DNA from: Candidatus Collierbacteria bacterium
Lineage (GTDB): Bacteria; Patescibacteriota; Microgenomatia; UBA1400; JACPES01
DNA: 64,000 nt
Reading direction: 5' to 3'
Assembly: GCA_016219325.1 (NCBI GenBank)
Contig: JACRNH010000024.1
Location: 1,789 to 65,788, forward strand
Shown: positions 28,090-40,282 of the stretch, one piece after another
How the letters are laid out: each line of letters begins with the position of its first letter
Position numbering within the stretch: the first letter of the stretch is position 1
Program-made: the position numbers and the translations under genes
The notes under the pieces: model-generated
Seen by the model: the letters and a program-made list of their open reading frames with translations, nothing else
What the model was told of the DNA's origin: nothing
Database searches by the model: none

Positions 28090-29237
28090 CAGACCAATCG
28101 AAAAAACAAATTGTGGTCATGGTGATTCCCACCTACGATGAAAAGGGAAATATCGGACGGGCCATAGATGAGCTTCAAACAGTTTTCATGAAAGTCCCTG
28201 ACAATTACGAAATGCATATATTGGTTGTTGACGATTCTTCTCCTGACGGAACGGCAGATGAGGTCAGAGAAAAGATGAAAAAGCTGAAAAATGTTCATCT
28301 TTTAATAAATAAAAAAAAGATGGGATTGGGCGGAGCTTATTTATCCGGAATGAAGTATGCCGTTGAAAAATTAAACCCGGATATTTTTTTTGAATTTGAC
28401 GCCGACCTATCGCATGACCCTAAATTAGTCCCTCAATTTTTAGCCAAACTGGAAGAAGGATACGATCTGGTGCTGGGCAGCCGTTATATAAAGGGCGGAG
28501 CCATCCCTGATAATTGGGGACTTAAAAGAAAGTTCTACAGCGTTGTCGGGAATATGATTATCATGTTTGTTCTGACCGATTTCAGTATCCGCGACTGGAC
28601 CACCGGTTACCGAGCCATCCGCCGTTATGTTTACGATAAAGTCCATCCTTTGCTGGGAGAAGAGCGTTTTTTCGGATATACCTTTCAAATCGGTTTTCTG
28701 CATAAAGCCGTCAGGGCAGGATTTAAAGCCGGAGAAGTACCGTTAAAATTCGTAGACCGGACTCTGGGTCGCAGCAAACTCGGTGCCGAATACATCAAAA
28801 ACACCCTGATTTACATCTTTAAGGCCCGGTTTTTTGAACTCTTGCGATTCTTCAAGTTCGTCGCCGTCGGCTCTTTGGGGCTGGTAATCCAAACCGCCAT
28901 TTATTGGCTGTTAGGGTTCGGATTAAAATTATTTTCTCCGGCCATCGCCACCATTCTCGGCGGCCAAGTCGCCATTCTCTCCAATTTTATCCTGAACAAC
29001 GTCTGGACATTCGGCGACCGGAAAATTACTTCAACAACAAAATTGTTTCAGAAATTGATTGCTTTTTATACTACTTCAAATATTGCGGTTCTCCTGATTC
29101 AAGGCGGAATTATGAAAGCAGGCGAGATGTTGGTGGGAAAAGAGAATATTTTAATTCACGGATTTTATGTTGCTGCCTTAGTCTTAACACTCATCTTTAA
29201 TTTCACGGTTTACAATAAATATATTTGGAAGAAGTGA
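28086..29237 (+). CDS. Polyprenol-phosphate glycosyltransferase (GT2, DPM1-like) fused to a GtrA-family membrane domain
   Basis: [11 protein letters not shown]...[10 protein letters not shown] is the DPM-type GT2 region. The C-terminal 4-TM GtrA-like domain contains [10 protein letters not shown]. Confidence 0.8.
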   Translation: MTDQSKKQIVVMVIPTYDEKGNIGRAIDELQTVFMKVPDNYEMHILVVDDSSPDGTADEVREKMKKLKNVHLLINKKKMGLGGAYLSGMKYAVEKLNPDIFFEFDADLSHDPKLVPQFLAKLEEGYDLVLGSRYIKGGAIPDNWGLKRKFYSVVGNMIIMFVLTDFSIRDWTTGYRAIRRYVYDKVHPLLGEERFFGYTFQIGFLHKAVRAGFKAGEVPLKFVDRTLGRSKLGAEYIKNTLIYIFKARFFELLRFFKFVAVGSLGLVIQTAIYWLLGFGLKLFSPAIATILGGQVAILSNFILNNVWTFGDRKITSTTKLFQKLIAFYTTSNIAVLLIQGGIMKAGEMLVGKENILIHGFYVAALVLTLIFNFTVYNKYIWKK

Positions 29238-29294
29238 AACTCCATACCGTCCACCAGTTAGCGAACTGGTACTGGGGTAAGCTATACTAGCTTC

Positions 29295-31469
29295 ATGTCT
29301 CCGATAAAAACCCTTTCTGTTTTCTTTCCTGCCTATAACGAAGAAGAAAATATAGTTAACACAGTCTCTCGAGCAATTAACGTTCTTAAGTCTTTAGATC
29401 TTTTCGATTATGAAGTTATTGTGGTTGATGACGGTTCTACCGATAACACCGCCGCCGCGGTGCAAAATATGATTGTTAAGAACTCAAAAATCCGGCTTAT
29501 CCGCCATAGCCGTAATCGAGGTTATGGCGCTGCCCTCAAAACTGGATTTTCTTCTGCCAAGTTCGACTGGATTGCCTTTACCGACTCCGACGGTCAGTTT
29601 GACTTCCGGGAAATAAATAAATTTCTGACCTATGTTCCTAATTACCAAGTCGTCGCCGGCTACCGGGAAAAACGCTCCGACAGTAAATTCCGCCGGATGA
29701 TGGCACGACTTCTGCGAATCTGGGACACCGTCTTATTCGGACTCAATCTGAAAGACGTTGACTGCGGCTTCAAGTTAATCAAAAAATCGGTGATTGATCA
29801 AGTTTTCCCCTTAGTCACCGAAAGCGCCATCACCGAAACCGAAATGATGGCCAAAATTTATCGCGCCGGCTTTCCTATTAAGCAAGTCGGCGTCGCCCAC
29901 CACTCTCGGACCAAAGGCGTCCAAACCGGCGGGAATTACCAGGTTATTTTCAAGGCGATTATTGAAAGCTTCAAACTATTTCTTCATCTTAATCCGTTTT
30001 TTCTCATCCTGACTGTTATTTTGCTAGTTGCGGCTTTCTTGCGCCTATATCGTATAAGGGACTATATTGTTTTTTTAGGCGATGAAGGCCGCGACGCTTT
30101 GGTTTGGCATGACATGGTAGTAAACGGGGAATTTACTTTTTTGGGGCCGACGGCCTCTGTTGGCGGATTTTACTTGGGGCCGATTTATTATTATTTCGCC
30201 CTGCCTTTCTATTTTATTTTTAGGGACCCGGTCGGGCCGGCAATTTTCGTGGCTTTATTGGGGGTAGCCACGGTTTGGCTGGTTTATTTCGTGACCAAAA
30301 GTTGGTTTGGAAAAACTTCGGGACTATTTGCTTCCGGAATATACGCGGTTTCCTCTTTGATCGTCCGTTACTCCAGGGCATCCTGGAATCCGAATCCGGT
30401 GCCATTTTTCTCTTTATTGGGCGTGTATCTGGCCGCAACCGGCGCTAAAGAAAATAAATGGTGGAAGTTGATCGGAGCCGGAATCTGTCTTGGAATTTTG
30501 TGGCAACTTCATTATCTGACTTTACTGATGACGCCCGTTCTTTTTGTAATAATCCTGATATATGGCAATATTGAAGGTCTGACCTTCAATCGCACGATAC
30601 GTCAATCATTTTTATTATTAATAGGTTGGGTTGTTGGTTTTTTTCCGTTTTTGGCATTTGAAATTTATCATAATTTTCCCAATACCAGAACTGTTTTGGA
30701 ATTCGTATCCCGCCCTAACGGTTCTGTTTTTAACTGGGAACTGTTGGGATTATTTAGGTCAGTTTTCCGTAATACTAACCGGCTGACTTTTACAATTTTT
30801 AGTTGGCAGAACGGTCTGGTGACTACATTTACGACTTTGGGGTGGGCGCTGGGAGGAAGCTTAATGATTATTTTTAATAAAAGTGTTCGGGGAAAATTTT
30901 TGTTGAGCCAATCTTTATTGTGGTGGTTTTGGCTGGGGATAACTATTTTTTCACTATATCAAGGAAGCATTTCTGATTATTATTTTGGGTTTCTGTTTCC
31001 GGTTCCGGCCATCTTGCTTGGGGCGGTGGCAGGCTACTTATTTGAAAAAAAATTGTTTGGGAAATTGTTAGTTGGATTTGCGGCCATATGGTTAATTTAT
31101 GATCAGTCCGGCAGACTGTTTTTACGGTTTGAACCCAATAGGCTGCTGCAGCAAACTGAAGCGGTTTCCCACCAGGTTATTACTTTATCCGGAAATGAAC
31201 CTTATAATTTTGCCCTGATAACTTCCGGAAACAGCGATCATGCCTATAGATATTTTTTGGAAAAGTTTAATAGGGGTCCGGTAAAACTCCAGGATTCAAT
31301 TACAGGTCAATTGATAGCGGTTTGCGAGAAACCGGTAGCAGATTGCAATCCATTGGGAAATCCGTTATGGGAAATAGCCGGTTTTGGCCGGGCTGAAGTA
31401 GTAGACTCAAAAATTGTTCCCCCGGGGATTACAATTTACAGGTTAACGCATTATTTCGGTCCGGATTAA
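29295..31469 (+). CDS. Bifunctional-looking protein: N-terminal DPM1-like GT2 + large C-terminal polytopic (GT-C-like) membrane domain
   Basis: VFFPAYNEEENI...VVDDGSTDNT at the N-terminus. The C-terminal domain shares the 'GP..G..GP.YYY' block with ORFs 33240, 36300 and 56797. Confidence 0.7.
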   Translation: MSPIKTLSVFFPAYNEEENIVNTVSRAINVLKSLDLFDYEVIVVDDGSTDNTAAAVQNMIVKNSKIRLIRHSRNRGYGAALKTGFSSAKFDWIAFTDSDGQFDFREINKFLTYVPNYQVVAGYREKRSDSKFRRMMARLLRIWDTVLFGLNLKDVDCGFKLIKKSVIDQVFPLVTESAITETEMMAKIYRAGFPIKQVGVAHHSRTKGVQTGGNYQVIFKAIIESFKLFLHLNPFFLILTVILLVAAFLRLYRIRDYIVFLGDEGRDALVWHDMVVNGEFTFLGPTASVGGFYLGPIYYYFALPFYFIFRDPVGPAIFVALLGVATVWLVYFVTKSWFGKTSGLFASGIYAVSSLIVRYSRASWNPNPVPFFSLLGVYLAATGAKENKWWKLIGAGICLGILWQLHYLTLLMTPVLFVIILIYGNIEGLTFNRTIRQSFLLLIGWVVGFFPFLAFEIYHNFPNTRTVLEFVSRPNGSVFNWELLGLFRSVFRNTNRLTFTIFSWQNGLVTTFTTLGWALGGSLMIIFNKSVRGKFLLSQSLLWWFWLGITIFSLYQGSISDYYFGFLFPVPAILLGAVAGYLFEKKLFGKLLVGFAAIWLIYDQSGRLFLRFEPNRLLQQTEAVSHQVITLSGNEPYNFALITSGNSDHAYRYFLEKFNRGPVKLQDSITGQLIAVCEKPVADCNPLGNPLWEIAGFGRAEVVDSKIVPPGITIYRLTHYFGPD

Positions 31470-31471
31470 TT

Positions 31472-32217
31472 ATGCAGCCATTTTTATCTATTGTCATTCC
31501 TTCTTTTAACGAATCTGAAAATATATCCAAAGGAGTATTGGACGAAGTGGAAAATTATTTATCGGACCAAAAATATGAGTGGGAAATAATTTTGGTGGAT
31601 GACGGCTCAACTGACGGAACTTTTGAAAATTTGCAAAGAATAGTTAAAGGAAAAAAGAATTGGAGATTAGTAAAAAGTCTTCATCAGGGTAAAGCCCAAA
31701 CGGTAAAAGCGGGAGTTATGGAAGCAGTGGGAAATCTTGTTTTGTTTACCGATTTTGATCAGGCTACACCATTATCGGAAGTGGAAAAATTGCTGCCGTT
31801 TATGCAAAAAGGTTATGACGTGGCGATAGGGTCGCGGGAAGTGAAGGGGAGCGAACGGTTAAAAGAGCCATGGTACCGGCATTTAATGGGAAAAGTATTT
31901 AACCGGGTGGTCCAAATGTTCGCTATCCGGGGGATATCAGACACCCAATGCGGTTTTAAGCTTTTTGCAAATCATGTTGCTAAAGAATTATTCAATAGTT
32001 TAGTTGTTTATTCTAAAGGATCAGAAACAACTGCTTTTACAGGCGCGTTTGATGTAGAGCTTCTGTATATTTCCCAGAAAAGAGGATATAGGATAGCCGA
32101 AGTTCCGGTTTCCTGGAAATATGTCACAACCGTCAGAGTAAATCCCATCCGCGATTCAGTCAAGATGTTTTTGGATGTTCTCCGTATTCGGATAACTGAT
32201 TTATTCGGAGGCTACAG

Positions 32218-32221
<4 letters not shown>
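31472..32221 (+). CDS. Polyprenol-phosphate glycosyltransferase (GT2, ArnC/DPM1-like)
   Basis: IVIPSFNESENI...LVDDGSTDGT. Confidence 0.8.
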
Positions 32222-33239
<1,018 letters not shown>

Positions 33240-33264
<25 letters not shown>

Positions 33265-34814
33265 TTTCCATCGCCGTACTTTTATCGCTGACCTTGCCGT
33301 CAATTATTTCCGGTAATTTTACTTTTGTTTTTGATATGGGCCGGGATCAACTCTGGACCAGAAATATGGTGGAACTGAAACGTCCGACCCTAATTGGACC
33401 GTGGGGATCAATCGCCGGAGTCTTTTTCGGCCCACTTTGGTTTTATCTTTTATCAATTCCTTATTTGATTTTTAACGGCGATCCCCGGGCAGCGGTTTTA
33501 CTTCCATTAGTGTCTAATTTGGCGGCAATGATTATCGGTTGGAAAATCCTGCGTAAATATAATCATCCTCTGGCGGCGGATTTTTTCGCGGTTCTATTTG
33601 GCGTTTCTCCCGCGATTGTTGGTTTATCGTCTTTTGCCTTCCACGCTAATTTGTTACCTTTAGCGACATTGTTATTTTTCATTGGTCTGTTTAACTTTCA
33701 CCAACAACCAACAACCAATAACCAACAACTTCTGACAGGCCTCCCCCTTTCCGCCCTCATGGCCAGTTTGTCATTCCATCTTGAGCCCGTCGCCGGAGTG
33801 ATGCTGACAGGATTCTTAACATTGTTTATTCTTGGACGGACCCACTTGCTTAAACTTCGCGTTTTAGTTCTTGCGTTTTTTCTGTTTTCCCTACCTTTCC
33901 TCCCTCAACTCATCTTTGAATTCCGTCACGACTTTATTCAAACAAAATCGTTAACTGCTTATTTTCAGGGGAAGAATCCCAGTTTAATGGGCGAACTGGC
34001 TTTAGACCAAAGAGTAACTGAAAGAATTACCAAATTAGCCGGAACCTTGGCTCATTCTCTTTTTCCGACGGAATTTACATCCGGAAAGTGGATAATATTC
34101 TCGGCATTTATCTTATTGACTGTCGTTTTTCTCAAGAATAAAACTAAGCCTAATGACGATTTTTCCCATTACTCATTACTGTTTACTCTTTACTTCTTAC
34201 TCTTTCATTATTTCGCCTACACCTTTTTATTTCCGGCCGAACTGAAAAATTGGTATTTGTCCGGTTTTATTCCGTTATATATTCTGTCAATGTCGCTGAT
34301 ACTTGAAAATATAAAATTAAAATCAAGGGCGCATGGAGCTTTAATAATTATTTTTACGGTGGTAATCGTTTCAATCAGCATTAACCCCGTCGATAGATTT
34401 TTTGAGATAAAGAAACCAATGCCTCCGGAAACTCTTGGCGCCCAAATGGAAGTAGTCGATTGGATTTATACAAATGCCGTTGCCAAATCCCAACCGTTTG
34501 CGGTCTATACTTATACCCCTCCGGTTTATGATTATCATTATGAATATCTTTTATGGTGGAGGGGAACGAGAAAATATAATTTATTACCGGCTGAATTTAG
34601 TTATCGTCCCGGAGAAACATCTTATTCTCAATATAAAACGGAATTTATGTCAAAACAGTGGAAACCGGAAGACGCCAAACTTATATATTTAATTATTGAG
34701 CCGGATAGTTTGGAAAAAAGATTAACCGGCTGGATGGGAAATTTTCCAAAAGCTACGCAATCGGAAACAAAAGAATTTCCTTCTAAAGTCAAAGTATTGT
34801 TTGGGTCTATATAA
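33240..34814 (+). CDS. Polytopic membrane protein, GT-C-like (paralog family 2)
   Basis: GNFTFVFDMGRDQLW...GPWGSIAGVFFGPLWFYL is shared with three other ORFs. Confidence 0.5.
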
Positions 34815-34821
34815 TTAAGAT

Positions 34822-36303
34822 ATGTGGAAACGCAGAGCGTTAATCATTACCGCGATAATAATTCTGTTTTTTTCTTCAAGATTGATTAATTTAACATTAA
34901 TTCCGATTTTTACGGATGAAGCCATTTACATCCGTTGGGGGCAAATTGCGCTTCAGGATCCGGTTCACAGGTTTATTTCTTTGGAAGACGGCAAGCAGCC
35001 GATGTTTGTATGGTTGATGTTGCCGGCATTAAAATGGATTTCAGATCCTTTGATGGCAGGAAGATTAGTATCAGTATTTTCCGGGGCTTTAACTTTAGCG
35101 GGGTTGGTATTATTGTCCTGGAAACTATTCGGCGAAAAAATCGGTTGGTTTACCGGATTTATATACATTATTTCACCGTTTTTTCTTCTTTACGACCGGT
35201 TGGCACTTTATGATTCTTTAACTACGGCCCTGATGGTTTGGGCGCTTTTTCTAACTATCTTATTGGTGGATTTATTAAGGCTGGATATAGCCTTACTTTT
35301 GGGCATGACCATCGGAGCCGGATTTTTAACAAAATCGTCAGCCCAGTTCGCTTTGATTTTGCTTCCTTCAACCTTTTTATTATTTGATTGGAAAACAAAA
35401 GAGAGAAGAAAAAGGCTATTGAAATTAGCAGGACTGGGGATTGTGGTCACATTGTTATCTAAAGGAATCGAGTTGATTCTTAGATTGGCTCCCTTATCTC
35501 ATATGATTGGGTTGAAAGATCATACTTTTATCGTTACAAATCAAGAATTTATTGCCCATCCGTTTGAACGGCTGTTTGGGAATCTGGGCGGCTTATGGAG
35601 CTGGATTCAGTCTTATGCTACTTATCCCTTAATGGTACTTTTTATTGTAGGGATGATATACGGATTGAAAAAACATAGAGTCAAAACGTTATTTTTAAGC
35701 TTATGGTTTTTGGTCCCATTTTTAGCCTTGGCATCATTCGGCAAAGTCCTCTATCCGCGTTATCTATTATTTATGCTCGCTCCTCTCATCCCGATTAGCG
35801 TGTTGGGAATAAAGTATTTATTCATCCTTATTCGTAATTATTCGTATTTATTCGTATTTATTTTATTTATATATCCTGCTTACTTCTCTTATAAAATCAT
35901 TTATGATCCTATCTCTGCCCCGCTTCCTTTAGTTGACAGGTTTCAATTATTGGACGATTGGCCATCAGGTTACGGAATAAGAGAAGTTATTGATTATATT
36001 AATCAAAGATCCAAAACTGAAAAGATTTTTGTCGGGACGGAAGGCACTTTTGGTTTAACGCCGGCTGCTTTGGATATTTACCTTAAAGACAATAAAAACG
36101 TGGAAGTTAAAGGATATTGGCCGGTAGACACCAGTATTCAGGAGCTGACGGAAATTGCCTTAACCGGAAAACCGACCTTTTTATTGTTAAAAGATACTCA
36201 AGTGCCCAAACCTGAATGGCCGGTGGATATAGTCGGAAAATGGCGCAAGGGTAAAGGCGAGGTCTATTCAATATTATTGCAATTTAAATCCGGCGGCCAA
36301 TGA
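34822..36303 (+). CDS. ArnT/PMT-like (GT39/GT83) polyprenol-phosphate-sugar-dependent glycosyltransferase
   Basis: The first-loop 'FTDEAIYIRWG' DE motif is present in a multi-TM protein. Confidence 0.6.
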   Translation: MWKRRALIITAIIILFFSSRLINLTLIPIFTDEAIYIRWGQIALQDPVHRFISLEDGKQPMFVWLMLPALKWISDPLMAGRLVSVFSGALTLAGLVLLSWKLFGEKIGWFTGFIYIISPFFLLYDRLALYDSLTTALMVWALFLTILLVDLLRLDIALLLGMTIGAGFLTKSSAQFALILLPSTFLLFDWKTKERRKRLLKLAGLGIVVTLLSKGIELILRLAPLSHMIGLKDHTFIVTNQEFIAHPFERLFGNLGGLWSWIQSYATYPLMVLFIVGMIYGLKKHRVKTLFLSLWFLVPFLALASFGKVLYPRYLLFMLAPLIPISVLGIKYLFILIRNYSYLFVFILFIYPAYFSYKIIYDPISAPLPLVDRFQLLDDWPSGYGIREVIDYINQRSKTEKIFVGTEGTFGLTPAALDIYLKDNKNVEVKGYWPVDTSIQELTEIALTGKPTFLLLKDTQVPKPEWPVDIVGKWRKGKGEVYSILLQFKSGGQ

Positions 36304-37583
36304 TAACAGCGCTTTTTTTTCTGTTAGCTGCGCTAATTAAGAATTTTACTCAAATTCCGGCCTCTCTTTTTGAGTCGGATCAGGAGACTTTGACAATTGC
36401 CGCCAAGAATATTCTAGGCGGACATTTTAGCCTGATTGGCGCTCCGACCAGCGTCGGGGGAATGTTTATCGCGCCTTTATATAATTATTTTGTCGCCATT
36501 TGGTTATGGATTTTCCGCGGCAGCCCTTATACGGTATCAATTTTAGGAGCAATATGGCTGTCGTTATTGATTCCGGCTATTTATCTGGTAGGAAAAAAAA
36601 TCTATTCTGGGTCAGTAGGAGTTTTCGCGGCGATTATTGCTCTATTGAGCATAAACTTTGTTAACTTTGATCAGGTTCCGCCATTATTATTTCCCCTGCC
36701 CCTGCTTACCGTAATTTTAATTTATGTTTTGGAAACTGAGCCGGCCACTAAATTCAGGAAAGCCATTATCGGCGCGGTCATAGGATTAACTTTAAATCTT
36801 CATTTTTCCGGAGTGTTTTTAGCCCCCTTACTGCTGATTTCCGGAATTTGGGGAAGTTTGGCATTGTTGATTTTGGTTTCGCCGTTAATTTTGTTTGATA
36901 TCCGCCATCAGTGGTGGAACATAGGTCACGCGGTGGAATTTTTAAGTAAAAGCGGAGCGGTAACTTCCCTGTGGTTTCGCCTGGATACTTTTCTGGTATC
37001 GTTCGCGGTTATTTTCGAAGCCGCAGCCGGAGCTGGAATGTTGGTAAAAACCGCGATGGGAGCTGTAATCGTTTGGGGATTTCTGTTCACAAGCCGCAAT
37101 TGGCCAAAAGTAATTTTGGGATTAACGTTTATCTTTTTCATGATTTATGGCGGGAGTCTTATTCCTTATTATGGAATCATTTCCTGGGTGCCGTTTATTT
37201 TGATTGCCGGATGCGGTTTGGAGAGACTGTGGGCGAAAGGGAATTTTATTAAATCAATAATTGTTTTGACGGGAGTGTTTTTCTTAATAATGAATTTTAA
37301 GGCCTTAAGTAACCGTTCGGCGAGTAGGGGGTTGGACAAAAAAATTGCCGCCCTGGAGTTTATTAAAAATGATTTTATAGGCCGGGAAATGTATCTTTCA
37401 ATAAATATGGATCCGGCGGCAAACTTCGGATTTACATATTTAACCGGATATGTTGGGATTAAATCCACTCCGTTTCCGGTTAAGCCTACTTATACTTTGC
37501 TTGCTCCTTACGATTGGTTGAAAGTTAATCCTGATAAGTCGTTTGGGGATTTCGGGGTGTTGATGTCTAGAAGTAATGAGTAA
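36300..37583 (+). CDS. Polytopic membrane protein, GT-C-like (paralog family 2)
   Basis: LIGAPTSVGGMFIAPLYNYFVAIWLW. Confidence 0.5.
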   Translation: MITALFFLLAALIKNFTQIPASLFESDQETLTIAAKNILGGHFSLIGAPTSVGGMFIAPLYNYFVAIWLWIFRGSPYTVSILGAIWLSLLIPAIYLVGKKIYSGSVGVFAAIIALLSINFVNFDQVPPLLFPLPLLTVILIYVLETEPATKFRKAIIGAVIGLTLNLHFSGVFLAPLLLISGIWGSLALLILVSPLILFDIRHQWWNIGHAVEFLSKSGAVTSLWFRLDTFLVSFAVIFEAAAGAGMLVKTAMGAVIVWGFLFTSRNWPKVILGLTFIFFMIYGGSLIPYYGIISWVPFILIAGCGLERLWAKGNFIKSIIVLTGVFFLIMNFKALSNRSASRGLDKKIAALEFIKNDFIGREMYLSINMDPAANFGFTYLTGYVGIKSTPFPVKPTYTLLAPYDWLKVNPDKSFGDFGVLMSRSNE

Positions 37584-37651
37584 TGAGTAGAAAGTAATGA
37601 GTAATGAATCGTAGGGTTCATTATTTATTACTTTCTATTTTCTACTCATTG
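37570..37651. repeat. Family-D 'GTAATGA' palindrome at a cistron junction
   Basis: agaagtaatgagtaatgagtagaaagtaatgagtaatgaa...ttcattatttattactttctattttctactcatt. Confidence 0.8.
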
Positions 37652-39118
37652 TTTATGAAATCGGATAAAACAATGAACTTTCTGACTATAGCTTTTATAA
37701 CCTTTATATCCTTTATCCTGTTTTTTTTCCGGTTGGGGAACACGGCATTAACCAATTGGGACGAGGCCTGGTTTGGCTCGGTAGCCCAGAATATGGCGGA
37801 ATCCGGAAACATTTTGGCCGGCAAGTGGAATGGGCAAATCTTTTTTTATGAACCGCCGCTTTTGGTTTGGTTGTTGAAGGCAACGATTAAACTTTTCGGC
37901 GAAAGCGAATTTTGGTTGAGGTCTGTTAGCGCCATTTCCGGGGTTTTTACAGTCATAGGATGTTATATTCTGGCCAAACAAATCTCTAAGTCAAAACTGG
38001 CGGGGATATTAGCAAGTTTAGTAATTTTGTCTGACATAGAAATTCTATTTCGGAGCCGGCAAATTAATGTTGAAATTCTTCTGACTGTTTTACTGCTGTG
38101 GTCAATTATATTCGCGGTTAAAGCCTATGAAGCAAAAAAAATCATCTGGATAATATCGTCAGCAATTTGTTTGGGTCTGGCATTTTTAACTAAACGGGCA
38201 AGTCCGTTATTAGCTCTTCCGGCAATAGGCTATTTATTCTTTTCGTCATTGACCCGTGAAGCGGGATCCCGCTCTGCGGGACGAGTCCCTTTGTTTATAT
38301 TCTTTATAACATTTACAATAGTTATTTCTCCTTGGTATTTATTAAGTTATTTAAAATGGGGAGACCAATTTATCAATGAATTTTTTATCGGATACACATT
38401 TAATAAAATTAAATCAGTCAATGCCAGTGTCGGAACTTCGCCATTTTTCTATTTAAATTCCCTTAAACACGCTTTTAAACTCTGGACTTTGTTAATTCCG
38501 CTGGCAGCAGTTTGGGGTACGTTAAAAGCTTTTCGTGACCGTAAGATTGCCGGATTGATGATTTTTATTTTAACCTTTCTGATACTCTTGACCGCCGCCC
38601 CGATAAAATCTTCCTGGTTCTTGCTCCCCATCCATCCGATAATTGCCGTAATCTTGGGAATATTCTTGTACAGCTGTCTGAAAAGGCCCGGCCTTGCATC
38701 GCAAGGCCGGGCCTTATTAAACAAATATCTCGTTTTTGCGGGATTATCTTTAATATTCGTTATCGCAACTTATCAACTTTATCACTATCGTCGCGACTAT
38801 ATTGTTCCTGACACTACAAATAATCAGGCCGTGATTTCGAGATTGGCAGGGTCGCTTTCAGAAAACGGAAAGTCAATTTATCTGGATGATGAGTATCTGC
38901 CGGTCGCGGTTTTTTATAGCCGTAAGAACGTTATTCCGTTAAGGTTTAGCCGGACCGAAAATCGGATTCCTAGTTTGGTTGATATCCCCGAAGGAAGTCT
39001 TGTATTGACTAATCTTGGAACATATCCGGTTTTAAAATCAGCTACGGGAATTATTTTTGAGGATATGTTCGCTGTCGGAGACATGTTGTTGGTCAGGTCT
39101 TTGGGCATAAGAATTTAA
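37604..39118 (+). CDS. ArnT-family (GT83-like) glycosyltransferase
   Basis: The 'NWDEAWFGSVAQNM' DE motif is present. The true start is probably an internal ATG (37655 or 37673). It carries family-B and family-C insertions. Confidence 0.6.
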   Translation: MNRRVHYLLLSIFYSLFMKSDKTMNFLTIAFITFISFILFFFRLGNTALTNWDEAWFGSVAQNMAESGNILAGKWNGQIFFYEPPLLVWLLKATIKLFGESEFWLRSVSAISGVFTVIGCYILAKQISKSKLAGILASLVILSDIEILFRSRQINVEILLTVLLLWSIIFAVKAYEAKKIIWIISSAICLGLAFLTKRASPLLALPAIGYLFFSSLTREAGSRSAGRVPLFIFFITFTIVISPWYLLSYLKWGDQFINEFFIGYTFNKIKSVNASVGTSPFFYLNSLKHAFKLWTLLIPLAAVWGTLKAFRDRKIAGLMIFILTFLILLTAAPIKSSWFLLPIHPIIAVILGIFLYSCLKRPGLASQGRALLNKYLVFAGLSLIFVIATYQLYHYRRDYIVPDTTNNQAVISRLAGSLSENGKSIYLDDEYLPVAVFYSRKNVIPLRFSRTENRIPSLVDIPEGSLVLTNLGTYPVLKSATGIIFEDMFAVGDMLLVRSLGIRI

Positions 39119-40282
39119 AATCATAAATAAGACGGCAGTAGTTAAAAAATGGCTGGATAGAAGCGGATTAAGACGTAACGGGAGATAAGAGTCTTTGAAA
39201 TAAAAGATAAGCAGAAAATAAGCCAATCCGGAAATTGCCAAATCCAGCATTTTTTTAGTTTTAATCAATTTTGCGACTAGAATTACCCAAAGAGGAATTA
39301 GAAAGACGTAATGGTGTTGCCACACAAACACCGGTAAAAATAACATTGTTATTACAGTTAAATTCCAAAAAGAGATAAAATCTTTTATTCCTTTTGTCAC
39401 TCCTGTCATTCCGGGCTTGACCCGGAATCTATACAAATAATCATTTAAAAAGAAGACCCCCAGGATCCCGCTAATCCCCAATCTTGTTATCGAATTCAAT
39501 TCCCCAAAAATTCCGAATTTCCCCAATAAGGCCGTAACCGATTGATTCATATAGCTTCCATTGAGAGTGGTACGAGTATTTTCGTTCATTAATTGCGGAA
39601 TGGTTTTAAAATAATAATAATAGGTTAAATCCCAACCGAATACGGAAATTCCGGCTATGGTTAATATTCCAATCGTAACCATAAACCACCAAACTGTTCT
39701 CCATCTTTTTCTAAATAAGAAATAAATTAGCAATGGGGCTGGCGTTAATTTTAAAATAGCCGCTAGCCCAAATAATATCCCTGATAAAGCCTCAAAAGGC
39801 CGGACCTTGCTTCGCAAAGTCCGGCCTTTATAAATTTCACAAAAATAATAACTTCCCACGATCAATCCTAAAATAATTAAATTAATTTGTCCCAGCGCCA
39901 GAGTTAATTTAGATGGGTAAGTCTTTAGAGCTAAAACAAAAATTAACCAAAAAATGGATGGGGATAATTTAATTTTTAACAATTCAAAAATCATTTTTAT
40001 GGTGAGCAGTAAGGAAAAAGCCGAAATTGCGGTAAATAAAAATTCGGCCGTATTTTCGGGAATTAAAGTCAACGGAATAAAAAATAGGGTAGCTGCGGGA
40101 GAATAATTGAATCGATCAAAAAACCTTAATTGATACGGGTTAGCCCCACTGAGAGCCGATTTAGTTCCGTCTAAATAAACACTAAAGTCGTTGAGACGGA
40201 AGTTCATGATTAATTGCCCAATGGGAATTACTTGTCTCCAAAGAATTATTGCTACAATCAAGAGTATTAATTTATTAACCAT
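39038..40282 (-). CDS. Polytopic membrane protein (GT-C-like)
   Basis: Multi-TM protein. The start was chosen at the ATG whose codon overlaps the divergent YfhO start (shared CATG at 40280-40283). It contains a family-B insertion. Confidence 0.45.
   Translation of the reverse strand: MVNKLILLIVAIILWRQVIPIGQLIMNFRLNDFSVYLDGTKSALSGANPYQLRFFDRFNYSPAATLFFIPLTLIPENTAEFLFTAISAFSLLLTIKMIFELLKIKLSPSIFWLIFVLALKTYPSKLTLALGQINLIILGLIVGSYYFCEIYKGRTLRSKVRPFEALSGILFGLAAILKLTPAPLLIYFLFRKRWRTVWWFMVTIGILTIAGISVFGWDLTYYYYFKTIPQLMNENTRTTLNGSYMNQSVTALLGKFGIFGELNSITRLGISGILGVFFLNDYLYRFRVKPGMTGVTKGIKDFISFWNLTVITMLFLPVFVWQHHYVFLIPLWVILVAKLIKTKKMLDLAISGLAYFLLIFYFKDSYLPLRLNPLLSSHFLTTAVLFMILNSYAQRPDQQHVSDSEHILKNNSRS
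39404..39439. repeat. Family-A hairpin repeat (inside the minus-strand membrane-protein gene region)
   Basis: tgtcattccGGGCTTGACCCggaatctatacaaata. Confidence 0.75.

Noticed and set aside
28080-28298. 72-aa minus-strand ORF at the gmd/GT2 junction, plus other 60-100-aa ORFs in the glycosylation locus (e.g. 28440..28703, 28904..29200, 30220..30438, 34474..34692, 34935..35450, 36926..37468, 37642..38724)
   Set aside because: All are antisense or off-frame within well-supported larger genes and lack any recognisable motif.
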